Of a stretch of 64,000 nt of DNA, positions 20,097 through 30,253 are shown one piece after another. The stretch spans positions 16,594-80,593 of the forward strand of contig JANYBC010000066.1 in NCBI GenBank assembly GCA_025360965.1, written 5' to 3'. The translations under genes were made by a program, and so were the position numbers. The DNA is from Anaeromyxobacter sp. GTDB lineage: Bacteria > Myxococcota > Myxococcia > Myxococcales > Anaeromyxobacteraceae. Within the stretch, counting starts at the first letter, position 1; each line of letters begins with the position of its first letter. The notes under the pieces were generated by a model. The model saw nothing but the letters and a program-made list of their open reading frames with translations. It made no database searches and had not been told where the DNA came from.

Positions 20097-21035
20097 ATGC
20101 GCCCATCGGTCCTGGCCGTCGCCCTGCTCCTGGCCGCTCGGCTGACCCGCGCCGAGGAGCCGCCGCCCCCTCCGGCGGCCGCCCCTGCCGCCGCCCCGGC
20201 CTCGACGCGCCCGCCCCAGGACCCGCCGGTCCTCCAGCCCGGGCAGCGGGTGGTGGTGGTCCTGAAGGACGGCCAGCGGCTGGCCGGGAAGCTGGTGAGC
20301 CAGGGGCCGGAGGGCGTCACCATCGAGTCCTCGGGCGCCAGCATGCAGCTCCCGGCCGCCTCGATCCAGCTGGTGGCCCTGCCCGGCAGCGAGGCCGCCC
20401 GGGGACCCTGGCCGCGCGATCCCAACCGGACCCGCTACCTCTACTCCCCGAGCGGCTTCATGCTCCGCCAGGGCGAGGGCTACGTCTCGCAGACCGAGCT
20501 CTTCCTCACCTCGGTCGGCTACGGGGCCACCGACTGGCTCACGCTGCAGGCCGGCACTGTCCTGCCCTGGGTGCTCTTCCAGCCCTCGACCATGCCCTTC
20601 GTCCTGGCGGTCAAGGCCGGCGGCTCGCCCAGCCCGTACCTCCACGTCGCCGGCGGCTTCCAGATGCTGGTCGTCCCCGGGATCACCGAGGCGCCGGCGG
20701 TCGGCTTCCTCTTCGGGACGCTGACGCTCGGCACCGAGGACCTGCACCTCGGCATCTCCGGCGGCCCGCCCTTCGCCTTCAACAAGAGCACCAGCGTCCT
20801 GGGCGCCGCCATCTTCTCGGTCTCTGGCAACTGGCGGGTGGGCCGATCGGTGGCGCTGGTGAGCGAGAACTGGATCGTCCCGGTGGACGGCACCAGCAAG
20901 GTGGTCGGGAGCCTGGCGGTCCGCTTCATCGGCGAGCAGCTCGGCGTCGACGTCGGGTTCCTCTTCGCCAGGGGAGCCTCGGTGCCGATCCCCTGGCTCG
21001 ACTTCACCTGGCACTGGAACGGCCCGGAGCGCTGA
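20097..21035 (+). CDS. hypothetical secreted beta-strand-rich protein (possible small outer-membrane barrel)
   Basis: 312 aa with a signal peptide (MRPSVLAVALLLAARLTRAEE) and a Pro/Ala linker. The C-terminal two-thirds has alternating hydrophobic strands (TDWLTLQAGTVLPWVLF, YLHVAGGFQMLVV, VGFLFGTLTLG, SLAVRFIGEQLGVDVGFLFA). I recognise no family. Confidence 0.55.
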   Translation: MRPSVLAVALLLAARLTRAEEPPPPPAAAPAAAPASTRPPQDPPVLQPGQRVVVVLKDGQRLAGKLVSQGPEGVTIESSGASMQLPAASIQLVALPGSEAARGPWPRDPNRTRYLYSPSGFMLRQGEGYVSQTELFLTSVGYGATDWLTLQAGTVLPWVLFQPSTMPFVLAVKAGGSPSPYLHVAGGFQMLVVPGITEAPAVGFLFGTLTLGTEDLHLGISGGPPFAFNKSTSVLGAAIFSVSGNWRVGRSVALVSENWIVPVDGTSKVVGSLAVRFIGEQLGVDVGFLFARGASVPIPWLDFTWHWNGPER

Positions 21036-21053
21036 GCCGCCCCGGTCGCGGCA

Positions 21054-22409
21054 CTAGGCCGGCACCTTGGGCAGGTGGGCCAGCGACTCCTTCACCTTCT
21101 CGGCCGGGTACTCGTAGTCGACCAGCTTGCCGGAGAGGTAGTCGTCGTAGGCGGTCATGTCGACGTGGCCGTGGCCGGAGAGGTTGAAGAGGATGGTGCG
21201 CGGCTTCCCCTCGGCCTTGGCGGCCAGGGCCTCGTCGATGGCGCCCCGGATGGCGTGCGACGACTCGGGCGCCGGGATGATCGCCTCGGTGCGGGCGAAG
21301 GTGACCGCCGCCTCGAAGCAGGAGAGCTGGCCGACGGCGCGGGCCTCGATGATCCCGTGGTGCAGCAGCTGCGAGACCAGCGGCGAGGCGCCGTGGTAGC
21401 GGAGGCCGCCGGCGTGGATGCCGGGCGGCATGAAGTCGTGACCGAGGGTGTGCATCTTGACGACCGGCGCCATCCTGGCGGTGTCGCCGAAGTCGAAGTC
21501 GTAGACCCCCTTGGTCAGCGTCGGGCAGGAGGCTGGCTCCACTGCCAGCAGCCGGACCTGCTTGCCGGCCGCCTTGTCGGCGACGAAGGGGAAGGCCATG
21601 CCGGCGAAGTTGGAGCCGCCGCCGTGGCAGGCGATGACCACGTCCGGGTAGTCCCCGGCCTCCTTCATCTGCTCCTTGGCCTCCAGCCCGATGACGGTCT
21701 GGTGCAGGCAGACGTGGTTGAGCACCGAGCCGAGCGCGTACTTGGTGTCGTCGTGGGTGGCGGCGTCCTCCACCGCCTCGGAGATGGCGATGCCGAGCGA
21801 GCCCTGGTTCTGCGGATCGCGGGCCAGGATGGCGCGGCCGACGTTGGTGCGCGGGCTCGGCGAGGCCAGCACCTCGGCCCCCCAGAGCTGCATCATCGAG
21901 CGGCGGTAGGGCTTCTGGCCGTGCGAGACCCTCACCATGTAGATGGTGCACTCCAGCCCGAACATCTGGCAGGCCAGCGCGATCGAGGAGCCCCACTGCC
22001 CGGCGCCGGTCTCCGAGGCGATCCGCTTCGTGCCGGCCAGCTTGTTGTAGTAGGCCTGCGGCACGGCGGTGTTGGGCTTGTGCGAGCCGGCCGGCGAGAC
22101 CCCCTCGTACTTGAAGTATATTTTGGCCGGCGTGCCGAGCAGCCTCTCCAGCCGGTGGGCGCGGATGAGCGGGCTGGGGCGCCAGAGCTTGTAGATCTCA
22201 CGGACCTCGTCCGGGATCTTGATCCAGCGCTCGCCCGACATCTCCTGCTCGAGCAGTTGCGGAGGGAAGAGCGGCAGCATGTCGGCCGGCGTCACCGGCT
22301 GCAGCGTCCCGGGGTGGAGCACCGGTGCCGGGGGGGCCGGGAGATCGGCGATGACGTTGTACCAGTGGGTCGGGATGCGGTTCTCGCCGAGCAGGAACTT
22401 GGTCTGCAT
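21054..22409 (-). CDS. trpB: TrpB2-type tryptophan synthase beta-like PLP enzyme
   Basis: 451 aa from the ATG at 22409 ([18 protein letters not shown]), with AAGGAGA 5 nt upstream. It has the PLP-lysine motif [17 protein letters not shown], and the N-terminal extension typical of TrpB2. No trpA is present in the window. Confidence 0.85.
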   Translation of the reverse strand: MQTKFLLGENRIPTHWYNVIADLPAPPAPVLHPGTLQPVTPADMLPLFPPQLLEQEMSGERWIKIPDEVREIYKLWRPSPLIRAHRLERLLGTPAKIYFKYEGVSPAGSHKPNTAVPQAYYNKLAGTKRIASETGAGQWGSSIALACQMFGLECTIYMVRVSHGQKPYRRSMMQLWGAEVLASPSPRTNVGRAILARDPQNQGSLGIAISEAVEDAATHDDTKYALGSVLNHVCLHQTVIGLEAKEQMKEAGDYPDVVIACHGGGSNFAGMAFPFVADKAAGKQVRLLAVEPASCPTLTKGVYDFDFGDTARMAPVVKMHTLGHDFMPPGIHAGGLRYHGASPLVSQLLHHGIIEARAVGQLSCFEAAVTFARTEAIIPAPESSHAIRGAIDEALAAKAEGKPRTILFNLSGHGHVDMTAYDDYLSGKLVDYEYPAEKVKESLAHLPKVPA

Positions 22410-22438
22410 GGGTCTCCTTGCCAACGGGGAAGCCTGCG

Positions 22439-22467
22439 ATTAGGCAGGGACGGGCGCGGCCCGTCAA
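22439..22467 (-). promoter_or_regulatory. sigma-70-like promoter candidate for trpB2
   Basis: The minus strand reads TTGACG (22467-22462), a 17-nt spacer, then CCTAAT (22444-22439), about 30 nt upstream of the ATG. The spacer contains a GACGGGC/GCCCGTC hairpin. Confidence 0.35.
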
Positions 22468-22640
22468 GACGTGAAAGCTGACCCCTGTGGGGGGCGCAAT
22501 AAGCACGAGCTTGGTCCACAAGAGGGCCGACGTTGACGACCAATCGGCCGAGCGTCGAAAATTCGCCCCAGACGGGCTGTGAGCTAGGATGTGTTCATCC
22601 TCCTCACGCGCCATTTCACGGGGGCTTCACGGGAGCAGAG

Positions 22641-23498
22641 ATGTCCAGGGAACGTCGAGCCAGTCCCCGATTTCCCCTTGTTCTGACGGTCAAGTACCTC
22701 GACGCCGAGTCAGTGCTCGACTACACTGAGAACCTCTCGGCCACCGGCCTCTTCGTCCGCACCGACCGGCTCTTCGCTCCTGGAGAGAGGACCAGCCTGG
22801 TGGTCTCCTTCCCCCAGTTGCTGGAACCGGTCGAGCTGACGGTCGAGGTGGTCCGCTCCCATCCCCGGGAGGGTGACCAGCCGGGGGGCGTCGCCGTCCG
22901 TGTCCCCGACGACCTGCCGGACCATCGGGCCAGGCTGGCCGAGGTGACCCGCTTCGTCGCCAACATCTCGCGGGGTCCAACCCCGACCTGCCGCATCCTC
23001 CTGTGCGAGGACAACAGGCTGGTGGCCAACATGTACGCCGCCGCGCTGCGTCGGATGGCCGAGACCGACAAGCTCCTTGGGCTCGGCGTCGAGGTGGTCA
23101 ACGACGGGGCGGCCGCCTGGGACCGCCTGCTGCGGACCCCGGCCATCGACATCCTGGTCACCGACATCTTCATGCCGCTGGTCTCCGGGCTCGAGCTAAT
23201 CGAGCGGATCCGCGGCGAGCCGAACCTGGCCCACCTGCCGGTGGTGGTGATCACCTCGGGCGGCGAGAAGGAGCGAAACGAGCTCTCCTCGCTCGGCATC
23301 ACGCTCTTCCTGCAGAAGCCGATCAAGTACCTCGACCTGGCCGACACGGTCCGCTTCCTGCTCAAGGCGCGTCAGGGGCTGGTCACCAGCCCGCCGCGCG
23401 CCGCGCTGGTGGTCTCGACCGAGCCGAATCCCAAGGCGCTCTACGAGCCGCCCGCGGCCAGCGCCCCCGCTGCGCCAAAGCCGCCGCCGCGGAGCTGA
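22641..23498 (+). CDS. PilZ-domain / response-regulator receiver hybrid protein
   Basis: 285 aa with GGGAG 6 nt upstream. The N-terminal PilZ has RRASPR (RxxxR) and NLSATG (D/NxSxxG). The receiver domain has LLCEDN, the phospho-acceptor context ILVTDIFMP, VVITSGG and LQKP. It ends in a Pro/Ala-rich tail. Confidence 0.75.
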   Translation: MSRERRASPRFPLVLTVKYLDAESVLDYTENLSATGLFVRTDRLFAPGERTSLVVSFPQLLEPVELTVEVVRSHPREGDQPGGVAVRVPDDLPDHRARLAEVTRFVANISRGPTPTCRILLCEDNRLVANMYAAALRRMAETDKLLGLGVEVVNDGAAAWDRLLRTPAIDILVTDIFMPLVSGLELIERIRGEPNLAHLPVVVITSGGEKERNELSSLGITLFLQKPIKYLDLADTVRFLLKARQGLVTSPPRAALVVSTEPNPKALYEPPAASAPAAPKPPPRS

Positions 23499-23589
23499 GC
23501 TGCGGCCTGCCGGGCGTGAGGTGGTGGTGGCCAGCCGCCTGCAGAGCGGCTAGCCTGCCGGCACCCCGCAGGACCGGAGGAGACCGCTC

Positions 23590-23805
23590 ATGGCCGAGAA
23601 GGTGGCAGCCCACATCACCGGGACGGTGGTTCGCATCGAGAAGGCCAAGGGCGACACCGTGGCCCCTGGCGAGGTGGTGGTGATCCTCGAGTCGATGAAG
23701 ATGGAGATGCCGGTCGAGGCGCTGGTGGGCGGCACGGTGCTGGAGATCCGCTGCGCCCCCGCGCAGGCCGTCAACGAGGGTGACATCCTCGTCATCCTGG
23801 GATGA
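23590..23805 (+). CDS. stand-alone biotinyl/lipoyl-attachment domain protein (BCCP-like, 71 aa)
   Basis: The sequence is MAEKVAAHITGTVVRIEKAKGDTVAPGEVVVILESMKMEMPVEA..., with the biotinylation motif E-S-M-K-M. The stop overlaps the next start (ATGA at 23802-23805). Confidence 0.75.
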   Translation: MAEKVAAHITGTVVRIEKAKGDTVAPGEVVVILESMKMEMPVEALVGGTVLEIRCAPAQAVNEGDILVILG

Positions 23806-24593
23806 GCGCGCCGCCTCGGATCCGGGTCGAGGACCGCGGTCCGGTCCGGCTGCTGGTGCTGGACAACCCTGGCAAGCGGAACGCCGTCGACTTCCGCGCC
23901 CTCGACGAGCTGGAGGAGGCCTGCGCCGCCGCCGCCCGCGACCGGGTGCGATGCCTGCTGTTGCGCGGGGCCGGCGAGGAGGCCTTCTCCTCCGGCTTCG
24001 ACCTCTCCGAGATGGGGCAGGTCAACGGGCGCGGCGAGCGGCCCGACGAGGCGGTGGAGCGGGCCGCCGAGGCGCTCGAGGCGGTGGCCTGTCCGACCGT
24101 GGCCTTCCTCAACGGGCCGGCCTACGGCGGCGGCTTCGAGCTGGCGGCCACCTGTGACCTGCGGGTGGCGCGCGAAGGGATCCTGCTCGGCCTGCCGCCG
24201 GCCAAGCTCGGCGTGGTCTACCCGGAGGGCGGCCTGCGCCGCTTCCTGCAGCTGGTCGGGGGGGCCCGCACCCGCGAGCTCTTCTTCTCCGGCCGGCCCA
24301 TCGACGCCCACGTGGCCCACGCCTGGGGGCTGGTGAACCGGCTGCTGCCGGCCGAGGGGGCCGAGGGCGCGGCGCTGGCGCTGGCCGAGGAGATCGCGCG
24401 AAACGCGCCGCTGGCGGTGCAGGGGATGAAGCGCATCCTGCGGCTGCTGGAGAGCGGGCACGAGCGCGCCCTCTCGGGCGCCGAGCGCGCCGAGATCGCC
24501 GAGCTGCGCCGGCGCGCCTTCGAGAGCGAGGACATCCTGGAGGGGCGGCGGGCCTTCGCCGAGCGGCGCCCACCGGGCTTCCAGGGGAAGTGA
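23802..24593 (+). CDS. enoyl-CoA hydratase/isomerase (crotonase) family protein
   Basis: 263 aa with the crotonase oxyanion-hole motifs AFSSGFDL and GPAYGGGFELAATCD. Confidence 0.85.
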   Translation: MSAPPRIRVEDRGPVRLLVLDNPGKRNAVDFRALDELEEACAAAARDRVRCLLLRGAGEEAFSSGFDLSEMGQVNGRGERPDEAVERAAEALEAVACPTVAFLNGPAYGGGFELAATCDLRVAREGILLGLPPAKLGVVYPEGGLRRFLQLVGGARTRELFFSGRPIDAHVAHAWGLVNRLLPAEGAEGAALALAEEIARNAPLAVQGMKRILRLLESGHERALSGAERAEIAELRRRAFESEDILEGRRAFAERRPPGFQGK

Positions 24594-24669
24594 AGGGAAG
24601 GTTTCCAAGGCTTCGCCCCACCCCGCCACCCGCGCAGCCCGGTGCGGCACCGGGTAGTGTGCAGGGCGC

Positions 24670-25713
24670 GTGAGCTCGCTCGCCGCCCTCGGCTACGGCC
24701 CCTTCTTCTCCTCGCAGCTCGACCTGCCGGCCGAGGCCGGGCTGGCGCCGGCGCGCGTGCTGGTCGATCTCGGGGTCCGGCTGCTGCTCGACCTCGGCGG
24801 CGAGGAGCGGACCGCCATGCTGCCGACCTCGCTGCACGGGGCGGCCGCGGTGGGCGACTGGGTGCTCTGCGAGCGGCTCGAGGACGGCGCCGCGGTGCTG
24901 CGCCGCGTGCTGGGGCGGCGTTCCGCCCTCTCCCGGCAGGCGGCCGGGGCGCCGACCGGGGAGCAGGTGCTGGCCGCCAACGTCGACCTGGTGCTGCTGG
25001 TCGAGCCGCTCGACGCCGGCCCCAACCTGCGCCGGCTGGAGCGGATGCTGGCGGCGGTGCGGGCCTCCGGGGCGGCGCCCGGCGTGCTGCTGACCAAGGC
25101 CGACCTCTGCGCCGATCCGGCGGCGGCGGCGCGCCAGGTCGCCGCCGTGGCCGAAGGCGCGGCGGTGCTGGTGATCGCGGCCAAGGCCGGCCTGGGGCTG
25201 GAGGCGGTGCACCAGCTCATCGGCCCCGGCACCACCGCCGCGCTCATGGGCCAGTCGGGCGTCGGCAAGTCGACGCTGCTCAACGCGCTGCGCGGCGGCG
25301 AGTCGGAAGCGATCGGGGCGCTCGACGGCGACGGGCGAGGGCGCCACACCACCACCTGGCGGCGGCTCTGGACGCTCCCCTCCGGCGGCCTGCTGGTCGA
25401 CGGCCCGGGCCTGCGCGAGCTGCAGCTCTGGGCCGGCGAGGGGGTGACGGCCGCGTTCGCCGACGTGGCCGGGCTGGCGGCCGGCTGCCGGTTCAACGAC
25501 TGCACCCACGGCGAGGAGCCGGGCTGCGCGGTGCGGCGAGCGGTGGTCGACGGGACGCTGGCGGCGGAGCGCCTGGCCAGCTACCTGAAGCTGGCGCGGG
25601 AGGCGGCGGCGCTGGCAGCCCGCCACGACGCGGCGGCCCGCCAGGCGGAGCGGCGCACGGGCCGGATCATGGAGCGGGCGCTGCGCGACCTGCCGCGCAA
25701 GCGCGGACGGTAG
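24670..25713 (+). CDS. rsgA: ribosome small-subunit-dependent GTPase A
   Basis: 347 aa with a GTG start. It has the circularly permuted GTPase order LTKADL ... GQSGVGKSTLLNAL and the C-terminal zinc motif CRFNDCTHGEEPGCAV. Confidence 0.85.
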   Translation: MSSLAALGYGPFFSSQLDLPAEAGLAPARVLVDLGVRLLLDLGGEERTAMLPTSLHGAAAVGDWVLCERLEDGAAVLRRVLGRRSALSRQAAGAPTGEQVLAANVDLVLLVEPLDAGPNLRRLERMLAAVRASGAAPGVLLTKADLCADPAAAARQVAAVAEGAAVLVIAAKAGLGLEAVHQLIGPGTTAALMGQSGVGKSTLLNALRGGESEAIGALDGDGRGRHTTTWRRLWTLPSGGLLVDGPGLRELQLWAGEGVTAAFADVAGLAAGCRFNDCTHGEEPGCAVRRAVVDGTLAAERLASYLKLAREAAALAARHDAAARQAERRTGRIMERALRDLPRKRGR

Positions 25714-25750
25714 CCTGTTCGCGGCCGGGCGGCCGCCGGTCCGTCGGAGC

Positions 25751-27169
25751 TCAGGGGAGCAGCAGGAAGCAGGCCGCCATCACCAGTGTCGGGAAGAGCG
25801 CCCCGGCCAGCAGGCCCCCCGGCGCGACGCCGTCGGGGAAGTACCTGGCCAGCGCCGACTGGCCGGCCGGGTTGGGGGCGTTGGCGATCACGGTCAGGCC
25901 ACCGCCCACCACCGCGCCGGACACCACCGCGTACTGGAGCGACGGGCCGAGCCCGGGCACCAGCGAGGACAGGTAGGTGATGGCGGCGTTGTCGTTGAAT
26001 GCGGTGAGGCCGACGGCGCCGAAGAAGAGAGGCAGGTCGGCGAGGCGGGAGAGGACCGGGGCGATCCACCAGCCCTGTCCGGCTCCGTGGATCACCAGGC
26101 CGGCCAGGAAGAAGCCGACCAGCATGGGTGGACGCAGGTCGAGCGCCTGCTGGTGCGGTGCGGTGGCCTGCTGGAAGGCGAGGAAGAAGAGGAAGCCGCC
26201 GATGAAGACGGCCGGGGTCTGGGCGGCGAAGACGGTGAGGGCGAGGAAGAGCAGGTGGACCGCGACGATCCAGCCCGGGACGGGCGGCTCCGGCGTGGGC
26301 TGGATCCCCTCGGCCCGGACCAGCGCGCGGCCGGCCAGCTCGGCGAACTCCTTGCGGAAGGCGAAGGCGTAGACCGTATTGGCGGCGACGATGCCCACCA
26401 CCGCTTTCCACCCGAAGTGCGACAGCATGAAGCTGGTTCCCCAGCCGAACCTGCCGGCCACCATCAGCACCGGCGGGGCGGCGAAGTGGGTGAGCGTCCC
26501 GCCCACCGAGACGTCGACGAAGAGCAGGCCGAGCGTGGCGTAGCGAAAGGCCGGCCCTGGCCCGAGGTCGAGGACCCGCCGCCCCAGCAGCATGGCGCAG
26601 ATGATCATGGCGGCCGGCTCGGTGATCAAGGAGCCGAGCAGAGGCCCGAAGGTGAGGACCGAGAGCCACCAGGCCAGCGGTGTGCCACCGCCGAGGCGCG
26701 CCGCCACTCCCAGCACCCGCTCGGCCAAGGCCAGCACCGGCCGGGTCGAGGCGATGGCCATGATCACCACCACGAAGAGCGGCTCGGTGAAGTGGACCCC
26801 GCCGAGGAACTGCTCGGCGGCGCGGGCCCCGCGGCTGACCCCGAGCACCACCAGCAGCGGGATGACCCAGATGCCGAAGATGGCCTCGATCTCGCCGAGG
26901 AAGTGGAGCAGCTCGACGCGGGTGCTGTGGCCCTCGCCGCCGCGCTCCGCCTCGAGCCTGCGCTTGAGACGGTGCGAGGCGGCCGTCAGGCCCGGGGCCA
27001 CGAAGGTGTGGAGGATGGCCAGCGTGAAGAGAGCGGTGGCCACCAGGTTGAGCGGGTCGGCGGAGGCGCGGCCAGCCAGCACGGCCCAGAGCCCGAGCCC
27101 CTCCTCGCCGGCGTACCTGTCGAGCGGCAGCGGGAAGATGGCGCCCTCGCTCGCGGTCACGAGAGCCAT
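25751..27169 (-). CDS. polytopic membrane protein, putative Na+/H+ antiporter-like (DUF1504-type)
   Basis: 472 aa with at least 10 hydrophobic segments. The N-terminal LFTLAILHTF motif and the overall layout resemble what I recall of the putative Na_H_antiport_2 family. The start overlaps the FHA gene end by 13 nt. Confidence 0.5.
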   Translation of the reverse strand: MALVTASEGAIFPLPLDRYAGEEGLGLWAVLAGRASADPLNLVATALFTLAILHTFVAPGLTAASHRLKRRLEAERGGEGHSTRVELLHFLGEIEAIFGIWVIPLLVVLGVSRGARAAEQFLGGVHFTEPLFVVVIMAIASTRPVLALAERVLGVAARLGGGTPLAWWLSVLTFGPLLGSLITEPAAMIICAMLLGRRVLDLGPGPAFRYATLGLLFVDVSVGGTLTHFAAPPVLMVAGRFGWGTSFMLSHFGWKAVVGIVAANTVYAFAFRKEFAELAGRALVRAEGIQPTPEPPVPGWIVAVHLLFLALTVFAAQTPAVFIGGFLFFLAFQQATAPHQQALDLRPPMLVGFFLAGLVIHGAGQGWWIAPVLSRLADLPLFFGAVGLTAFNDNAAITYLSSLVPGLGPSLQYAVVSGAVVGGGLTVIANAPNPAGQSALARYFPDGVAPGGLLAGALFPTLVMAACFLLLP

Positions 27170-27705
27170 CGCCGGAGCAGCACGCCGAGCGCCATTCCGC
27201 CGGCCAGTGCGGCGACCCCGAGCAGGAGCAGGCCGGTGCGACGGCTCGCCCCGGTCACCACGCCGGTTGTGCCGGAGGTCACTCCTCCCGCCGCGCCGGC
27301 CAAGGCGGCGGCCGACCGCGCCGGGGCGGAGCCGGCCTGGAGGTCGACGACCTGCAGGTCGGGCCGGGTCGGGGCCGGCAGCGGCGGAGGCGTCCCTGGT
27401 CCCGCGACGCCCATCTCCTCGGGGAGCACCACCAGGTCGTAGGCGCCGATCTCGACCAGGTCGCCGGGCCGGACGCGCCGGCGCGAGCCGACCCGCTCGC
27501 CGTTGAGCCGGGTGCCGGTCAGGCTGCCGAGGTCCTCGACGAAGATGGTGCCGCTGGAGCGGGTGAAGCGGGCGTGGCGCCGGGAGACGTTCCGGTCCGG
27601 GAGGCGCCAGCCGACGCCCTCGCTGGCGCGCCCCACCACGATCTCGTCGGAGGTGAACGGGACCACCGTCCGGGTGCCTGCCTCGTCCTCGATCACCAGC
27701 CGCAT
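27157..27705 (-). CDS. FHA-domain protein with C-terminal membrane anchor
   Basis: 182 aa with an FHA core (VVGRASE...VSRRHARF...VEDLGSLTGTRLNGERV), a Pro-rich linker and a terminal TM segment LLLLGVAALAGGMALGVLL. Confidence 0.8.
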   Translation of the reverse strand: MRLVIEDEAGTRTVVPFTSDEIVVGRASEGVGWRLPDRNVSRRHARFTRSSGTIFVEDLGSLTGTRLNGERVGSRRRVRPGDLVEIGAYDLVVLPEEMGVAGPGTPPPLPAPTRPDLQVVDLQAGSAPARSAAALAGAAGGVTSGTTGVVTGASRRTGLLLLGVAALAGGMALGVLLRRWLS

Positions 27706-27716
27706 CTGGTTGGTCC

Positions 27717-29456
<1,740 letters not shown>

Positions 29457-29468
29457 GATCTGGGGATG

Positions 29469-30248
29469 CTACCGTGAAGCGACGGCGTAGACCACGTGCC
29501 AGGTGGCCGGGACTCCGTTCGGTCCGGGGTGGGCCGAGCGATACCGGCCCAGCGCGTCGAGCAGGACGCGCCGGCCGCCCAGCCCGCCGGGCCGGGGCGT
29601 GGCGCCCTGGGCGCCGATCCGCTTGAGGGCGCGGAGCAGGTCGGCGGGGTCGGCGTGGCGCTCGACGTGGACCGCCTCCTCGAGCTGGACCGAGTGGAAC
29701 CCGGCCCGGTCGAAGGCGGTCGCCACCTCGCCGCGGGTGAAGAAGCGGTGAAGCCTGTCGGGGGCCGCCGCTCCGGCCGCGGCGCTCCAGGCCTCGCGCA
29801 GCTCGCGCAGCGTCCGCTCGGCGAAGAGCGCCACCACCAGCCGGCCGCCCGGGCGCAGCACCCGGGCGCACTCGAGCAGCGCCGGCTCCAGGCGGGGGAG
29901 CCACTGGAAGGTGGAGCTGGAGACCACCAGGTCGAAGCCGGCGTCGGCGAAGGGGAGCTCCTCGGCGTCGGCGGCGGCCACCAGCGAGGCCGGCGCGGCG
30001 CGGCGGGTGGCGGCGCACATCCCCGGGGCGAGGTCGACGGCCACGCACCGCAGCCCGGGGCGGGCCGCCAGCAGGTCGGCCAGCAGCCGCCCGGTCCCGG
30101 CGCCGACGTCGAGCAGGGTGCGGGCGCGGGGAGCGGCCTTCGCGGCCAGCGCCTCGACCCGGGCCCGGACCAGCGCCTGCACGGCGGTCGAGCCGTCGTA
30201 CGCGGCCGCACCGCGAGAGAAGGCGGCCCGGACCCGCGCCTTGGCCAC
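29469..30248 (-). CDS. bioC: malonyl-ACP O-methyltransferase-like class I SAM methyltransferase
   Basis: 259 aa with YDGSTAVQ, the SAM motif LLDVGAGTG and SSSTFQWL, which is typical of BioC. It lies 5 nt downstream of the bioH-like gene. Confidence 0.7.
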   Translation of the reverse strand: MAKARVRAAFSRGAAAYDGSTAVQALVRARVEALAAKAAPRARTLLDVGAGTGRLLADLLAARPGLRCVAVDLAPGMCAATRRAAPASLVAAADAEELPFADAGFDLVVSSSTFQWLPRLEPALLECARVLRPGGRLVVALFAERTLRELREAWSAAAGAAAPDRLHRFFTRGEVATAFDRAGFHSVQLEEAVHVERHADPADLLRALKRIGAQGATPRPGGLGGRRVLLDALGRYRSAHPGPNGVPATWHVVYAVASR

Positions 30249-30253
30249 CTGGC

